This document shows positions 1-12,716 of a stretch of 40,134 bases of DNA, piece by piece (position 1 is the first letter of the stretch; each line of letters starts with the position of its first letter). Source of the stretch: a virus; the UHGV virus genome UHGV-0210680. One strand, given 5' to 3'. Made by a program: the position numbers and the translations under genes. The notes under the pieces are model-generated. The model saw only the letters and a program-made list of their open reading frames with translations. It did not search any database and was not told where the DNA came from.

Positions 1-24
1 ATCCTAATCAAGCAACCACTCTAC

Positions 25-405
25 ATGGTCATAATTATGAACGACAAGCAAATTGAAAAAGAAATCGCAGCCAATGGTAAGGCGGCTTGCGTTACTCCTG
101 AACACATTGCCAGCATAATCGCCAGCGAACATTACTTTACGGCCGCTGATGGTGCTCGCTTTGCTCATGTGCAGAGAAGCGAAACATACAGCGTAAAAAT
201 CCCAGACCAGCCTGACGAGCTGGAGCTGCTGACATTCTGCGTTCTGGTGCTGAAGAATGGCTTTACGGTCACCGGGGAAAGCGCCTGCGCCAGCCCAGAG
301 AACTTCGATGAAGAAATCGGGCGCAAGATTGCTCGCCAGAATGCTGTAAACAAAATCTGGATGCTCGAAGGTTACTTGCTGAAGCAGAAGCTAAGCGAAC
401 AGTAG
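25..405 (+). CDS. hypothetical phage protein upstream of terminase genes
   Basis: 126-aa ORF in the late-operon orientation, directly after the lysis cassette across the circular junction; a second in-frame ATG at 37 is an alternative start. No family recognised. Confidence 0.5.
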   Translation: MVIIMNDKQIEKEIAANGKAACVTPEHIASIIASEHYFTAADGARFAHVQRSETYSVKIPDQPDELELLTFCVLVLKNGFTVTGESACASPENFDEEIGRKIARQNAVNKIWMLEGYLLKQKLSEQ

Positions 406-508
406 TTATTACAAAAGCCATTCCCTACAGAGTGGCTTTGATAATGGCTTATACCCTACACGGGATAACTTAACTGATATCCCTTTTAACGGATAAACGG
501 AGCCAACA

Positions 509-751
509 ATGGCAGAGATTATTCCCATGACTGAAGAACAGAAATTCCAGTTAGAGATTTACAAACTGGTCATGAACCAGAACGCAGCCGCAGAGGAAGC
601 ATTTCAATTTATTGGCACTGACGAACTGAAGCTTGAGCTATTCAAAATTCACTTCCAGTCAGGCGGCGCTAATTCAGATATCACGATCCGCACATTCGAA
701 GCGGTGCGTAAATCGAAGGAAGCGTTAGACCTGTTCACTACCGGAGCATAA
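509..751 (+). CDS. hypothetical small protein
   Basis: 80-aa ORF, same strand and spacing as the late operon, immediately upstream of the small terminase gene. Confidence 0.4.
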   Translation: MAEIIPMTEEQKFQLEIYKLVMNQNAAAEEAFQFIGTDELKLELFKIHFQSGGANSDITIRTFEAVRKSKEALDLFTTGA

Positions 752-830
752 TCATGGCAACTCAAGGTTTCGACAACCCATCCAAATTCCGCGAAGAGTG
801 GGATAAGCAAACAGAAGGGAAATAATCAAT

Positions 831-1319
831 ATGGCAGCACCAAAGGGCAACCGATTTTGGGAGGCCCGCAGTAGTCATGGGCGAAATCCTAAATTCGAAT
901 CGCCTGAGGCGCTGTGGGCTGCTTGTTGTGAATACTTCGAGTGGGCTGATGATAACCCGCTATGGGAGGGTAAGGTATTTTCATATCAGGGAGAAATAAT
1001 TAAGGCTAATGTCCCTAAGATGCGAGCCATGACTATTTCAGGATTGTGTACCTTCCTTGATATCACCAGGCAAACATGGGGAACCTTCCGGTCAATGGAA
1101 GGTTTTTCTGACGTCACATCACGAGCGGAAGACATCATCTACGACCAGAAATTCTCTGGCGCAGCCGCTGACCTTCTCAACGCTAACATCATCGCCCGTG
1201 ATTTGGGCCTCAAAGAGCAGTCGCAAGTTGAAGACGTGACACCTGATAAGGGAGATCGCGATAAGCGACGCTCTCGTATCAAGGAGCTATTCAACCGTGG
1301 AACTGGACGCGATTCTTGA
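831..1319 (+). CDS. terminase small subunit (P22 gp3-like)
   Basis: 162-aa ORF, same length and position as P22 gp3, overlapping the start of the large terminase gene; basic N-terminus. Confidence 0.8.
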   Translation: MAAPKGNRFWEARSSHGRNPKFESPEALWAACCEYFEWADDNPLWEGKVFSYQGEIIKANVPKMRAMTISGLCTFLDITRQTWGTFRSMEGFSDVTSRAEDIIYDQKFSGAAADLLNANIIARDLGLKEQSQVEDVTPDKGDRDKRRSRIKELFNRGTGRDS

Positions 1320-2796
1320 TAACCTGAGCGACGAAGAGCAAATAGAATTGCTCGAGCTACTCGAAGAAGAAGAGAACTACCGGAACACACACCTGCTATA
1401 TGAATTTACGCCATACAGCAAACAGCGTGAGTTCATCGACGCCGGGCATGACTATCCAGAGCGCTGTTTTATGGCTGGTAACCAGCTTGGTAAGTCATTT
1501 ACTGGTGCTGCTGAAGTCGCGTTTCACCTTACCGGGCGTTATCCGGGAACAAAAGGCTATCCGGCTGATGGTAAATATGGTGGGGAGTGGAAAGGTAAGC
1601 GTTTCTATGAGCCTGTTGTCTTCTGGATTGGCGGCGAGACAAACGAGACTGTAACCAAAACGACTCAACGCATCCTGTGTGGTCGTATCGAAGAGAATGA
1701 TGAGCCAGGCTACGGTTCCATACCTAAAGAAGACATCATTAGCTGGAAGAAGTCTCCTTTCTTTCCGAACCTTGTTGATCATCTTCTGGTTAAGCATCAC
1801 ACGGCTGATGGCGTTGAAGATGGCATTTCAATCTGCTACTTCAAGCCATACTCGCAAGGCCGTGCTCGCTGGCAGGGTGACACAATCCACGGCGTGTGGT
1901 TTGACGAAGAGCCACCATACAGCATTTATGGCGAAGGTCTTACCCGTACCAACAAATACGGGCAATTCTCAATTCTGACGTTTACCCCGCTGATGGGGAT
2001 GTCTGACGTTGTTACCAAGTTCCTGAAGAATCCTAGCAAGTCTCAGAAAGTGGTCAACATGACCATCTATGACGCTGAGCACTACACCGACGAGCAGAAA
2101 GAGCAAATCATCGCATCCTATCCTGAGCATGAGAGAGAGGCGCGTGCTCGCGGTATTCCTACGATGGGTAGCGGGCGAATATTCCAGATACCGGAAGAGA
2201 CGATTAAGTGTCAGCCGTTCGAGTGTCCTGATCACTTCTACGTAATTGGCGGGATGGATTTCGGATGGGATCACCCACAGGCGCAGGTTCAGCTTTGGTG
2301 GGATAAGGACGCAGACACAATCTACGTTTCACGCGTGTGGAAGGCGAAAGAAAAAACAGCCGTTCAGGCATGGGGAGCTGTTAAATCATGGGCGCATAAA
2401 GTGCCAACAGCATGGCCTCATGACGGAAACCAGCACGAGAAGGGCGGCGGTGAGCAGCTCAAAGGGCAGTATGCAGATGCTGGTTTTATGATGTTGCAGG
2501 AGCATGCGACATGGCCTGATGGCGGTAACGCGGTGGAGCCTGGAATCACTGAATTGCGCGACATGATGCTTGATGGTCGCTTCAAAGTATTCAACACCTG
2601 TGAGCCATTCTTTGAGGAGTTCCGCCTCTATCACCGCGATGAAAACGGGAAAATCGTCAAGCTTAACGACGACGTGCTATCCGCCGTTCGCTATGCATAC
2701 ATGATGCGCCGCTTCGCAAAAATGATGCGCGACATCAAAAAACCCAAAGAGAAAAAGATACCAGCCCCAATCAGGCCCATCGCACGGAGAACTTAA
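1297..2796 (+). CDS. terminase large subunit (P22 gp2-like)
   Basis: 499-aa ORF, the size of P22 gp2, placed between small terminase and portal; stop overlaps the portal start (TAAATG). Confidence 0.9.
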   Translation: MELDAILDNLSDEEQIELLELLEEEENYRNTHLLYEFTPYSKQREFIDAGHDYPERCFMAGNQLGKSFTGAAEVAFHLTGRYPGTKGYPADGKYGGEWKGKRFYEPVVFWIGGETNETVTKTTQRILCGRIEENDEPGYGSIPKEDIISWKKSPFFPNLVDHLLVKHHTADGVEDGISICYFKPYSQGRARWQGDTIHGVWFDEEPPYSIYGEGLTRTNKYGQFSILTFTPLMGMSDVVTKFLKNPSKSQKVVNMTIYDAEHYTDEQKEQIIASYPEHEREARARGIPTMGSGRIFQIPEETIKCQPFECPDHFYVIGGMDFGWDHPQAQVQLWWDKDADTIYVSRVWKAKEKTAVQAWGAVKSWAHKVPTAWPHDGNQHEKGGGEQLKGQYADAGFMMLQEHATWPDGGNAVEPGITELRDMMLDGRFKVFNTCEPFFEEFRLYHRDENGKIVKLNDDVLSAVRYAYMMRRFAKMMRDIKKPKEKKIPAPIRPIARRT

Positions 2797-4962
2797 ATGG
2801 CCGACGAAAACAGACTCAACTCCATTCTGTGTAAGTTTGACGCGGACTGGATGGCGAGCGATGAAGCCAGAACCGAGGCGACAAATGACCTGTATTTTAG
2901 CCGAGTGTCGCAATGGGATGACTGGCTATCAAACTACACCACCCTGCAATATCGCGGACAATTCGATGTTGTTCGCCCGGTGGTCAGGAAGCTGGTCGCA
3001 GAGATGCGCCGGAACCCTATCGACGTTCTATTCAGACCAAAAGACGGAGCTAATCCTGATGCTGCCGATGTGCTGATGGGGATGTATCGTACTGATATGC
3101 GCCATAACACGGCAAAAATTGCCGTTAACGTTGGCGTTCGTGAGCAGATAGAGTCCGGCGTTGGTGCATGGCGTCTGGTCACGCAGTACGAAGACAACGA
3201 CCCAACAAGCAACAATCAGGTAATCCGACGCCTGCCAATCCATGAAGCTTGCTCACACGTTATATGGGACGCCAACAGCAAGCAGATGGATAAGAGCGAC
3301 GCTAAGCATTGCACGGTGATTAACGCCTTGTCGCGTAATGGCTGGAAAGAGTTCGCAGAGGATTACGGTATTGACCCGGATACCTTGCCATCTTTCCAGA
3401 ATCCTAACGATACATGGCTATTCCCGTGGGTGTCGAATGATGTCGTCTACGTCGCTGAGTATTACGAGGTAGAAGAGAAGAAGGAGAAGGTCTTCATCTA
3501 CCGCGACCCGCTGACAGGTGAGCCGGTCAGCTATTACCAGCAGGATATCAAAGACGTCATCGACGACCTGGCTAATCGTGGATTCATTAAGGTAGCAGAG
3601 CGCAAGGTGAAGCGTCGGCGTGTGTATAAGTCGATCATCACCTGCACGCAGATACTGAAAGACCGCGAGAAGATAGCCGGAGAGCATATTCCAATCGTTC
3701 CAGTGTATGGCGAATGGTCATTCGCTGGTGACAAGGAGTGCTACGAAGGAGTGGTAAGGCTGACGAAAGACGGTCAGCGCCTTCGTAACATGATCATGTC
3801 GTTCAACGCCGATATTGTTGCTCGTTCACCGAAGAAGAAACCTACCTTCTTCCCTGAGCAAATCGAAGGCTACGAATACATGTACGGTGGAAATGATGAC
3901 TATCCGTACTATCTGCAGAACAGGACCGATGAAAACGGTAACGACCTGCCGATTGGTCCAATCTCCTACATGGAAAACCCTGAAGTGCCGCAAGCCAACG
4001 CTTACATGCTTGAGGCTGCCACCAACGCAGTGAAAGAGGTGGCTAGTCTTGGCGTGGATGCGCAGGCGGCAAATGGTCAGGTCGCTTTCGATACCGTCAA
4101 TCAACTGAACATGCGGGCAGACCTTGAGACATACGTGTTTCAGGATAACTTGGCTACCGCAATGCGACGTGATGGCGAGATTTATGCCTCAATGGTCAAC
4201 GATATTTATGACGTTCCTCGTCATGTAACGCTGACACTTGAAGATGGAAGCGAGAAAGACATTCAACTCTATGCGCAAGTTGTAGATTACCAGTCTGGCA
4301 ATGTGGTCACACTCAACGACATTCGCGGTCGCTATGAGTGCTATACAGACGTTGGACCATCCTTCCAGAGTATGAAGGAACAGAACCGCGCAGAGATTCA
4401 GGAGTTACTCACCAAGGTTCCGCAAGGTACTCCAGAGTTCCAGATGCTGATGCTGCAATACTTCACGCTGCTTGACGGTAAAGGCGTCGAGATGATGCGA
4501 GAGTACGCGAACAAGCAACTGGTGATGATGGGGCTGAAGAAACCAGAAACACCTGAAGAGATGGAGATGGTGCAGCAGGCACAACAACAGCCGCAGCAGC
4601 CATCAGCAGAGCAAATTCAGGCGCAGGGCATCCTTCTGCAAGGTCAGGCTGAATTGCTCAAGGCAGAGAACCAACAGGCGCAGATTCAGGTTGAAGCTGC
4701 CAAGGTTGAAGCCCAAAACCAACTCAACGCCGCGAAGATTGCAGAAATCTTCAACAATATGGACCTCGACAAGCAGGCAGAACTGCGTGAGTACCTCAAG
4801 CTCGTAGGTCAATTCCAGCAACAGCGCAGCAAAGATGCTCGTGCTAACGCTGAGCTGCTTCTTAAAGATGCAGACCAGACTCATTCACAACGCATGGATT
4901 TCGCGAATCTTATGCGTCAAGTTCAAATCCCCTCCGGCGGAGTAGCCGAGACACCTCAATAA
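2797..4962 (+). CDS. portal protein (P22 gp1-like)
   Basis: 721-aa ORF with a long Q/A/E-rich C-terminal helical tail typical of P22-family portal barrels; conserved position between terminase and scaffold. Confidence 0.92.
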   Translation: MADENRLNSILCKFDADWMASDEARTEATNDLYFSRVSQWDDWLSNYTTLQYRGQFDVVRPVVRKLVAEMRRNPIDVLFRPKDGANPDAADVLMGMYRTDMRHNTAKIAVNVGVREQIESGVGAWRLVTQYEDNDPTSNNQVIRRLPIHEACSHVIWDANSKQMDKSDAKHCTVINALSRNGWKEFAEDYGIDPDTLPSFQNPNDTWLFPWVSNDVVYVAEYYEVEEKKEKVFIYRDPLTGEPVSYYQQDIKDVIDDLANRGFIKVAERKVKRRRVYKSIITCTQILKDREKIAGEHIPIVPVYGEWSFAGDKECYEGVVRLTKDGQRLRNMIMSFNADIVARSPKKKPTFFPEQIEGYEYMYGGNDDYPYYLQNRTDENGNDLPIGPISYMENPEVPQANAYMLEAATNAVKEVASLGVDAQAANGQVAFDTVNQLNMRADLETYVFQDNLATAMRRDGEIYASMVNDIYDVPRHVTLTLEDGSEKDIQLYAQVVDYQSGNVVTLNDIRGRYECYTDVGPSFQSMKEQNRAEIQELLTKVPQGTPEFQMLMLQYFTLLDGKGVEMMREYANKQLVMMGLKKPETPEEMEMVQQAQQQPQQPSAEQIQAQGILLQGQAELLKAENQQAQIQVEAAKVEAQNQLNAAKIAEIFNNMDLDKQAELREYLKLVGQFQQQRSKDARANAELLLKDADQTHSQRMDFANLMRQVQIPSGGVAETPQ

Positions 4963-4975
4963 GAGAGAGTTAATC

Positions 4976-5887
4976 ATGGACCAAACCACCGACATTCAGG
5001 CTTCTGAAGAATTAACCCTGCCCGGCAATCATGCAGCGGCATCTGCTGATGGCTTAGTTGTCGATAATGCCAACGACAACGCAGGTCAGGAAGAAGGCTT
5101 CGAGATTGTCCTGAAAGACGATGAGAAACCAAAACAAGACCCGGCAACTAATGCTGAATTTGCCCGTCGCCGCATCGAACGCAAACGCCAGCGTGAGCTT
5201 GAGCAGCAGATGGAAGCGGTTAAGCGGGGAGAGTTGCCGGAGCACCTGCGGGTGAACCCTGAGTTACCAAAACAACCAGACCCTAACGATTATCTTTCCG
5301 AAGACGCACTGGCTAAGTACGACTATGACCAGAGCCGCGCACTGGCTGCCTTCCAGCAGGCAAACAGTGAATGGCAGATCAAGGCTATGGACGCACGAAG
5401 CCAGGCTGTCGCCGAGCAGGGTCGCAAAACTCAGGAGTTCACCCAGCAATCAGCGCAATACGTCGAGGCAGCCCGTAAGCACTACGACGCAGCGGAAAAG
5501 CTCAATATCCCTGACTATCAGGAGAAAGAGGATGCATTCATGCAACTGGTGCCGCCAGCAGTCGGTGCCGACATCATGCGCCTCTTCCCGGAGAAATCCG
5601 CCGCTCTCATGTATCACCTTGGTGCTAATCCTGAGAAAACACGCCAGTTGCTGGCGATGGACGGGCAATCCGCGCTGATTGAACTCACTCGACTGTCAGA
5701 ACGTTTAACTCTCAAGCCTCGAGCCAAGCCTGTTTCAGAAGCCCCGTTACCTGATGAACCCATTCAGGGACACGCTGTTGCTGCAAATATCTCTGCGATT
5801 GAAAAGCAGATGGAAGCGGCAGCAAACAAAGGGGATGTAGAGACGTACCGCAAGCTCAAGGCGCAACTGAATAAAGGAATTCGATAA
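4976..5887 (+). CDS. scaffolding protein (P22 gp8-like)
   Basis: 303-aa acidic, helical ORF immediately upstream of the coat gene; same length as P22 gp8. Confidence 0.8.
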   Translation: MDQTTDIQASEELTLPGNHAAASADGLVVDNANDNAGQEEGFEIVLKDDEKPKQDPATNAEFARRRIERKRQRELEQQMEAVKRGELPEHLRVNPELPKQPDPNDYLSEDALAKYDYDQSRALAAFQQANSEWQIKAMDARSQAVAEQGRKTQEFTQQSAQYVEAARKHYDAAEKLNIPDYQEKEDAFMQLVPPAVGADIMRLFPEKSAALMYHLGANPEKTRQLLAMDGQSALIELTRLSERLTLKPRAKPVSEAPLPDEPIQGHAVAANISAIEKQMEAAANKGDVETYRKLKAQLNKGIR

Positions 5888-7182
5888 TGGCATTAAATGA
5901 AGGTCAACTGGTCACGTATGCTCTGGATGAAATCATCGAAACCGTCCAGAACCTGACGCCAATGGCGTCCAAAGTGACAAAATACACCCCTCCGGCAGAA
6001 TCCATGCAGCGTTCAAGCAACACCGTGTGGATGCCTGTTGAGCAGGAAGCGCCAACTCAGACTGGCTGGGATTTAACTGGCAAAGCAACCGGGATTCTGG
6101 AGCTGTCCGTGAAATGCAACATGGGCGATCCGGATAACGATTTCTTCGAGCTTCGTGCAGATGACCTGCGTGATGAGCGTTCTTACCGTCGCCGCATCCA
6201 GGCATCTGCCAAAAAACTGGCGAATAACATTGAGTCAGCGATTGCCAAACAGGCAACTGAAATGGGCTCGCTTGTTGTTCACGATACCCGCGCAATTGGT
6301 CCATCTACTGGCCTGTCTGGCTGGGATTTTGTGTCTGATGCAGAGCGCCTGATGTTCTCCCGTGAGCTAAACCGCGATATGGGCATCAGTTACTTCCTGA
6401 ACCCTGACGATTACCGCAAAGCAGGCCGCAACCTGGTAGATGGTGACATCTTCGGGCGCGTTACTGAAGACGCGTATCACAACGGTACTATTCAGCGTCA
6501 GATTGCTGGCTTTGATGAAATTCTTCGCTCACCGAAACTTCCGGCGGTTACCAAGTCAACCGCTACTGGTGTAACTGTTTCTGGTGCGCAGAAGTTTAAG
6601 CCGCAGGCATACACCCTTGATACCGATGGTAACAAAGAGAACGTCGATAACCGTGTTGCAACGGTGACCGTATCCTCCACCACCGGATTTAAGCGCGGCG
6701 ACAAAATCAGCTTCACTGGTGTGAAATTCCTGTCTCAGATGGCGAAGAACGTGCTGACTGATGATGCGACTTTCTCAATCACCCGTGTGATCGATGGTAC
6801 TCACATCGAAATCACGCCGAAGCCGATTGCGCTGGATGACGCGTCACTGACAAAAGAAGAGAAGGCTTACGCTAACGTAAACACCTCTCTTGCTGATACT
6901 ACTCCGGTAAACGTTCTGAACGTGGCAACAACCACCGCTAACGTGTTCTGGGCTGATGACTCAATCCGCCTGCTGTCTCAGCCTATCCCGGTAACCCATG
7001 AACTGTTTGCTGGCATGAAAACTTCTTCCTTCAGCATTCCGGGTATTGGTGTTAACGGCATCTTCGCAACGCAGGGTGATATCAACACTCTGTCTGGTAA
7101 GTGCCGTATTGCTGTGTGGTATTCAGCATGCGCTGTGCGACCAGAGGCAATTGGTGTTGGTCTGCCTAACCAGACTGCGTGA
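5887..7182 (+). CDS. major capsid (coat) protein (P22 gp5-like)
   Basis: 431-aa ORF whose sequence (MALNEGQ...WMPVEQE...SPKLP...GVKFL.QMAKNVL...TPKP.ALDD...NVFWADD...IGVGLP.QTA) closely matches the P22 coat protein from memory. Confidence 0.95.
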   Translation: MALNEGQLVTYALDEIIETVQNLTPMASKVTKYTPPAESMQRSSNTVWMPVEQEAPTQTGWDLTGKATGILELSVKCNMGDPDNDFFELRADDLRDERSYRRRIQASAKKLANNIESAIAKQATEMGSLVVHDTRAIGPSTGLSGWDFVSDAERLMFSRELNRDMGISYFLNPDDYRKAGRNLVDGDIFGRVTEDAYHNGTIQRQIAGFDEILRSPKLPAVTKSTATGVTVSGAQKFKPQAYTLDTDGNKENVDNRVATVTVSSTTGFKRGDKISFTGVKFLSQMAKNVLTDDATFSITRVIDGTHIEITPKPIALDDASLTKEEKAYANVNTSLADTTPVNVLNVATTTANVFWADDSIRLLSQPIPVTHELFAGMKTSSFSIPGIGVNGIFATQGDINTLSGKCRIAVWYSACAVRPEAIGVGLPNQTA

Positions 7183-7190
7183 TAACCAGA

Positions 7191-7214
7191 GGGAGCTTCG
7201 GCTCCCTTTTTTAT
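7191..7214 (+). terminator. rho-independent terminator after coat gene
   Basis: GGGAGC-TTCG-GCTCCC hairpin followed by TTTTTTAT, 9 nt after the coat stop. Confidence 0.7.
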
Positions 7215-7226
7215 CTGGAGACAAAC

Positions 7227-7458
<232 letters not shown>

Positions 7459-7481
<23 letters not shown>

Positions 7482-7959
7482 TTTAGTCCTTGCAGCATTA
7501 CGTAAGCTCGGTGTGGCATCAAATGCCACGTTAACCGATGTCGAACCGCAGTCTATGGAAGACGGGGTCAACGACCTTGAAATGATGATGGCTGAATGGC
7601 TTGGCGGTGATGCGTCACCTGGGATCGACGTTGGCTACATTTTCGCTGATGCAGATGTCGCTCCAGATCCGGGCGATGAGCACGGTTTATCAAATAACGC
7701 TATCAATGCCGTCATTTTCAACCTTGCCTGCCGCATTGCTCCAGATTATGCGCTGGAAGCCTCTACAAAACTTATAACCACTGCCAGATACGGGAAAGAG
7801 CGACTCGTCAAACTGTCTGCAATGGACAGAGCAAAAGCCGCTAAATGTAAGTCCGGTTATCCAAACCGTATGCCTGTTGGTAGCGGTAATCAGTTGGCGA
7901 AGTGGAACGGTTGGAATTACTTCCAGCGAAAGGAACCTTGCGATAACGGGAGCGAATAA
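7459..7959 (+). CDS. head completion / tail adaptor protein (P22 gp4-like)
   Basis: 166 aa from the internal ATG at 7459 ([33 protein letters not shown]...), matching the P22 gp4 N-terminus and length. The longer ORF from 7366 runs through the repeat region. Confidence 0.85.
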
Positions 7960-9377
7960 TGCCGATTCAGCAACTTCCGCTTATGAAAGGTGTCGGCAAA
8001 GACTTTCGAAACGCCGACTATATCGACTATCTGCCAGTGAATATGCTGGCTACACCCAAAGAAATCCTGAACAGCAGCGGATATCTTCGCTCATTCCCGG
8101 GCATTGCCAAACGTTCCGACGTGAACGGTGTATCTCGCGGCGTCGAGTACAACATGGCGCAGAGTGCCGTTTATCGTGTGTGTGGCGGCAAGCTCTACAA
8201 AGGCGAAAGCGAAGTCGGTGACGTCGCCGGAAGTGGTCGTGTATCAATGGCACATGGTCGGACATCACAGGCGGTAGGCGTTAATGGTCAACTGGTCGAA
8301 TACCGCTATGATGGCACGGTTAAAACCGTCTCAAACTGGCCTACGGACAGCGGATTCACGCAGTATGAGTTAGGTTCGGTCCGTGACATTACGCGTTTAC
8401 GTGGGCGTTATGCGTGGTCAAAAGACGGTACTGATTCATGGTTTATCACTGACCTTGAAGACGAATCGCACCCTGACCGCTACAGCGCACAATATCGTGC
8501 CGAGTCTCAGCCGGACGGCATCATCGGTATCGGGACATGGCGAGACTTCATCGTCTGCTTTGGTTCATCGACTATTGAATATTTCTCCCTTACTGGCGCA
8601 ACCACCGTTGGTGCTGCTTTGTATGTCGCACAGCCATCACTGATGGTGCAAAAAGGCATTGCCGGGACTTACTGCAAAACGCCGTTTGCTGACTCGTATG
8701 CGTTCATCAGCAATCCGGCAACAGGTGCGCCGTCTGTGTATATCATCGGCTCCGGTCAGGTATCACCAATCGCCAGCGCGAGCATTGAGAAAATACTACG
8801 CTCCTACACTGCTAATGAACTGGCTGATGGTGTGATGGAGTCTCTGCGATTTGATGCGCATGAGCTGCTGATTATCCATCTTCCGCGCCATGTTCTCGTG
8901 TACGACGCATCTTCAAGCGCCAATGGTCCGCAATGGTGTGTGCTGAAAACGGGCCTGTATGACGATGTGTACCGCGCTATCGACTTCATTTACGAAGGCA
9001 ATCAGATAACGTGCGGTGATAAGCTGGAGTCCGTGACCGGGAAATTGCAATTCGACATCAGCAGCCAGTACGACAAGCAACAGGAACACCTGCTGTTTAC
9101 TCCACTGTTCAAAGCGGATAACGCCAGAGTGTTCGACCTTGAGGTTGAGTCGTCAACTGGCGTTGCGCAGTATGCTGACCGACTTTTTCTCTCTGCAACC
9201 ACTGACGGCATAAATTACGGTCGTGAGCAGATGATTGAGCAGAATGAACCGTTCGTTTACGACAAACGCGTTTTGTGGAAGCGAGTTGGGCGCATCAGGA
9301 AAAATGTCGGCTTCAAATTGCGCGTTATCACGAAGTCACCAGTCACTCTGTCTGGCTGCCAGATAAGGATTGAGTAA
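7959..9377 (+). CDS. tail hub protein (P22 gp10-like)
   Basis: 472-aa ORF, same length and position as P22 gp10; start overlaps the gp4 stop. Confidence 0.85.
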   Translation: MPIQQLPLMKGVGKDFRNADYIDYLPVNMLATPKEILNSSGYLRSFPGIAKRSDVNGVSRGVEYNMAQSAVYRVCGGKLYKGESEVGDVAGSGRVSMAHGRTSQAVGVNGQLVEYRYDGTVKTVSNWPTDSGFTQYELGSVRDITRLRGRYAWSKDGTDSWFITDLEDESHPDRYSAQYRAESQPDGIIGIGTWRDFIVCFGSSTIEYFSLTGATTVGAALYVAQPSLMVQKGIAGTYCKTPFADSYAFISNPATGAPSVYIIGSGQVSPIASASIEKILRSYTANELADGVMESLRFDAHELLIIHLPRHVLVYDASSSANGPQWCVLKTGLYDDVYRAIDFIYEGNQITCGDKLESVTGKLQFDISSQYDKQQEHLLFTPLFKADNARVFDLEVESSTGVAQYADRLFLSATTDGINYGREQMIEQNEPFVYDKRVLWKRVGRIRKNVGFKLRVITKSPVTLSGCQIRIE

Positions 9378-10225
9378 TGGCGGATTCGAATCTCAATGTG
9401 CCGGTAATCATCCAGGCTACGCGGCTCGACACATCAGTCCTTCCACGCAATATCTTCTCGCAGTCATATCTGCTGTACGTTATCGCACAGGGTACTGATG
9501 TTGGTAACGTGGCGAACAAGGCCAACGAGGCCGGACAGGGCGCTTATGACGCACAGGTCAGAAACGATGAGCAGGATGTGATTCTCGCTGACCATGAGCA
9601 GCGAATTTCTGCTGCGGAAGCAACGCTTGTTAATCATGAGGAGCGAATCAGCCAGGCAGAATCAACTCTTCAGGAACATGAAACGCGAATCGCTCAGAAT
9701 GAAAGCGATATTGCGTCGCTTGATACCAGAGTTCAGTCGCTGGAGTCGCAGGTTTCAGACCATGAAACGCGCATCGATGCTCTGGAGTATGCCACTACTC
9801 GCAAGAAGTCAGAGGTTGTTTACTCTGGCGTATCTGTAACCATCCCGACAGCGCCGACCAACCTTGTTAGCCTGCTGAAAACGCTCACTCCGTCATCCGG
9901 CACGTTGGCACCATTCTTCGACACTGTTAACAACAAGATGGTTGTGTTCAACGAGAACAAAACCTTGTTCTTCAAGCTGTCGATCGTCGGGACGTGGCCC
10001 AGCGGAACCGCCAACAGGTCAATGCAGCTAACCTTTTCCGGCTCTGTTCCTGATACGCTGGTCAGCAGTCGTAATGCGGCGACAACAACCGACAACATCC
10101 TGTTAGCTACATTCTTCAGCGTGGATAAAGACGGATTTCTTGCCACAAATGGCAGTACGTTAACCATTCAGTCGAATGGTGCGGCGTTTACTGCCACAAC
10201 CATCAAGATAATCGCGGAGCAGTGA
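9377..10225 (+). CDS. tail needle protein (gp26-like) with C-terminal knob domain
   Basis: N-terminus ([38 protein letters not shown]) matches the P22 gp26 N-terminal domain, followed by heptad-like HE.RI repeats and a beta-rich C-terminal extension of about 120 aa that P22 lacks (Sf6-type needle, 282 aa). Confidence 0.85.
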   Translation: MADSNLNVPVIIQATRLDTSVLPRNIFSQSYLLYVIAQGTDVGNVANKANEAGQGAYDAQVRNDEQDVILADHEQRISAAEATLVNHEERISQAESTLQEHETRIAQNESDIASLDTRVQSLESQVSDHETRIDALEYATTRKKSEVVYSGVSVTIPTAPTNLVSLLKTLTPSSGTLAPFFDTVNNKMVVFNENKTLFFKLSIVGTWPSGTANRSMQLTFSGSVPDTLVSSRNAATTTDNILLATFFSVDKDGFLATNGSTLTIQSNGAAFTATTIKIIAEQ

Positions 10226-10680
10226 TGATTCAGTTCAAACCAACGCGAAACATCGACCTGATAGAAGCCGTGGGAAATCACCCCGACATTATCGCCGGGA
10301 GCAACAACGGTGATGGATACGACTACAAGCCTGAATGCCGTTACTTCGAGGTGAACGTGCACGGGCAGTTCGGCGGCATTGTTTACTATCAGGAGATTCA
10401 GCCTTTGACCTTTGATTGCCACGCCATGTACCTGCCAGAGGTTCGTGGATTCAGCAAGGAAATCGGGCTGGCGTTCTGGCGATACATTCTTACTAACACC
10501 ACCGTTCAGTGCGTCACATCGTTCGCTGCGCGCAAATTCCGCCACGGTCAGATGTACTGCGCAATGATTGGCCTTAAGCGTGTAGGAACCATCAAGAAAT
10601 ACTTCAAAGGCGTGGATGACGTGACATTTTACAGCGCCACACGCGAAGAACTAATCGACTTCCTGAATCACGGGAGATAG
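10222..10680 (+). CDS. gp14-like virion assembly / ejection-associated protein
   Basis: 152-aa ORF at the position of P22 gene 14, between needle and gp7; assignment by synteny only. Confidence 0.6.
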   Translation: MMIQFKPTRNIDLIEAVGNHPDIIAGSNNGDGYDYKPECRYFEVNVHGQFGGIVYYQEIQPLTFDCHAMYLPEVRGFSKEIGLAFWRYILTNTTVQCVTSFAARKFRHGQMYCAMIGLKRVGTIKKYFKGVDDVTFYSATREELIDFLNHGR

Positions 10681-10682
10681 CC

Positions 10683-11375
10683 ATGTTATATGCATTTAAG
10701 CTGGGCAGAAAACTGCGCGGCGAGGAACCTTATTGCCCTGAAAAAGGCGGGAAAGGTGGCAGTTCTGATAAAAGTGCAAAGTATGCCGCAGAAGCTCAGA
10801 AGTATGCCGCAGACCTGCAAAATCAGCAGTGGCAGACGATCATGAAAAACCTTGCTCCGTTCACGCCGCTTGCGGAGCAGTATGTTAACCAGCTTCAGAA
10901 CCTTTCCAGTTTAGAAGGTCAGGGGAAGGCACTTAATCAGTATTACAACTCTCAGCAGTATAAAGACCTTGCAGGTCAGGCTCGCTACCAGAGTCTTGCT
11001 GCTGCGGAGGCGACGGGTGGACTTGGTTCGACAGCCACAAGCAATCAACTGGCTACAATCGCGCCGACTCTCGGTCAGTCTTGGTTATCAAACCAGATGA
11101 GCAATTACAACAATCTGGCAAACGTTGGGCTTGGTGCGCTGCAAGGTCAGGCAAACGCCGGGCAGACGTACGCCAACAACATGAGCAGCATTGCACAGCA
11201 AAGCGCAGCTCTTGCCGCTGCTAATGCCAATAAACCATCAAGTCTTCAGACTGCAATTAGCGGTGGCACGTCTGGTGCGATTGCCGGTGCAGGTCTTGCC
11301 AGCCTTTTGGGAACATCAACACCTTGGGGCGCTGGCATTGGTGCTGGTATCGGATTGCTTGGCTCGTTGTTTTAA
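10683..11375 (+). CDS. ejection (internal) protein gp7-like
   Basis: 230-aa ORF starting MLYAF.LGRKLRGEEP.., with a Q/N/A-rich middle and Gly-rich hydrophobic C-terminus; matches P22 gp7 in length and position. Confidence 0.8.
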   Translation: MLYAFKLGRKLRGEEPYCPEKGGKGGSSDKSAKYAAEAQKYAADLQNQQWQTIMKNLAPFTPLAEQYVNQLQNLSSLEGQGKALNQYYNSQQYKDLAGQARYQSLAAAEATGGLGSTATSNQLATIAPTLGQSWLSNQMSNYNNLANVGLGALQGQANAGQTYANNMSSIAQQSAALAAANANKPSSLQTAISGGTSGAIAGAGLASLLGTSTPWGAGIGAGIGLLGSLF

Positions 11376-11384
11376 GGGGTAATC

Positions 11385-12716
11385 ATGGCTACTTGGCAAG
11401 GAACAAATGGCGGATTGTTGGCTGGTATCGGTGGTGTCAACTCAAACGCTCCGAGCGTAAATGACATCGGCAACACGCTTCAGCTTATCAGGCAGAACAA
11501 TGATATTGAGCGTTCAGGCGCTAACAATGTTGGGCTGACAGCTTTGCAAGGCCTTTCAGGTATTGCAGGGGTGTTTCAGCAGGAAAAGCAGGCTCAGCGG
11601 CAGAAAGAATTTCAGCAGGCATACGCTAATGCTTATGCTTCTGGTGATCGCGGAGCTTTGCGTCAGTTGGCTACTCAATATCCAGACCAGATTGAATCCG
11701 TTCGTAAAGGCATGGGATTCATCGATGAAGAGCAGCGTAATTCTATCGGCACCTTAGCGGCTGGCGCACGCCTTGCGTCATCGTCTCCAGAAGCAATGCA
11801 ATCATGGCTGCAAAACAACGCCGGTGAGTTAGCTCGTGTTGGCGTTAATCCTCATGACGTCGCTCAGATGTACCAACAGAACCCGCGGCAGTTCGGCGAA
11901 TTTGTCGATCACCTGGGGATGAACAGTCTCGGGCCAGAAAAATACTTTGACCTACAGGATAAAATGCAGGGTCGCCAGGTTACCATGCGCGGTCAGGATC
12001 TGGATTCGCAAACCGCCGCTCGGAATCAGGCAATCACAATGCGCGGACAAGATATCCAGGCGAATTTAGGTCAGCAGCGCATTAATCTGGACGCAGAAAC
12101 AAACCGCATTAACAACGAAAATAAGCGCCTTGACCGGATGCTATCAGCAGAAACTAACGACCTGAAGCGCCAGGAAATACAGAGCCGCATAGCAGCCAAC
12201 AACCAGCAGTTGCAGCAGAAGCAGCAAGCGCTAAATGATGGCTACAAAGACGGCATCAACACCCTCACAACCAGCATGTTCACTCTGAACGATATCGTTA
12301 GTTCTCCTTCACTTAAGAGCATTACAGGCTTACGTGGAGTAATCCCCAACGTTCCAGGCTCACAGGCTGCAGACACTCAGGCACGACTTGATACCTTTAA
12401 ATCACAAGCATACCTGACAGCGGTTCAGGCCATGCGAGGCATGGGCGCACTTTCTGATGCCGAGGGCAAAAAGCTCGACCAGGCTGTTGGTTCGCTGCAG
12501 AACTCGCAGAGCGAGGAGTCCTTTCGTCGCAACGCTGGCGTCATCCTGAACACGCTCAACCAGAAGCGTAATGAGGCGGTTGGTAAGTACGTTCAGCAAA
12601 ACGGTATCAAGCGAGTGGAAGCGCCTCAGGCTTCTATAGATTACCTGAAGCAGCACCCCGAGCTGTCAATCGACTTCATTAATCGCTACGGATATCTTCC
12701 ATCTTTGGGGCAGTAA
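11385..12716 (+). CDS. ejection protein gp20-like
   Basis: 443-aa ORF at the position of P22 gene 20 between gp7 and gp16. Confidence 0.75.
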   Translation: MATWQGTNGGLLAGIGGVNSNAPSVNDIGNTLQLIRQNNDIERSGANNVGLTALQGLSGIAGVFQQEKQAQRQKEFQQAYANAYASGDRGALRQLATQYPDQIESVRKGMGFIDEEQRNSIGTLAAGARLASSSPEAMQSWLQNNAGELARVGVNPHDVAQMYQQNPRQFGEFVDHLGMNSLGPEKYFDLQDKMQGRQVTMRGQDLDSQTAARNQAITMRGQDIQANLGQQRINLDAETNRINNENKRLDRMLSAETNDLKRQEIQSRIAANNQQLQQKQQALNDGYKDGINTLTTSMFTLNDIVSSPSLKSITGLRGVIPNVPGSQAADTQARLDTFKSQAYLTAVQAMRGMGALSDAEGKKLDQAVGSLQNSQSEESFRRNAGVILNTLNQKRNEAVGKYVQQNGIKRVEAPQASIDYLKQHPELSIDFINRYGYLPSLGQ

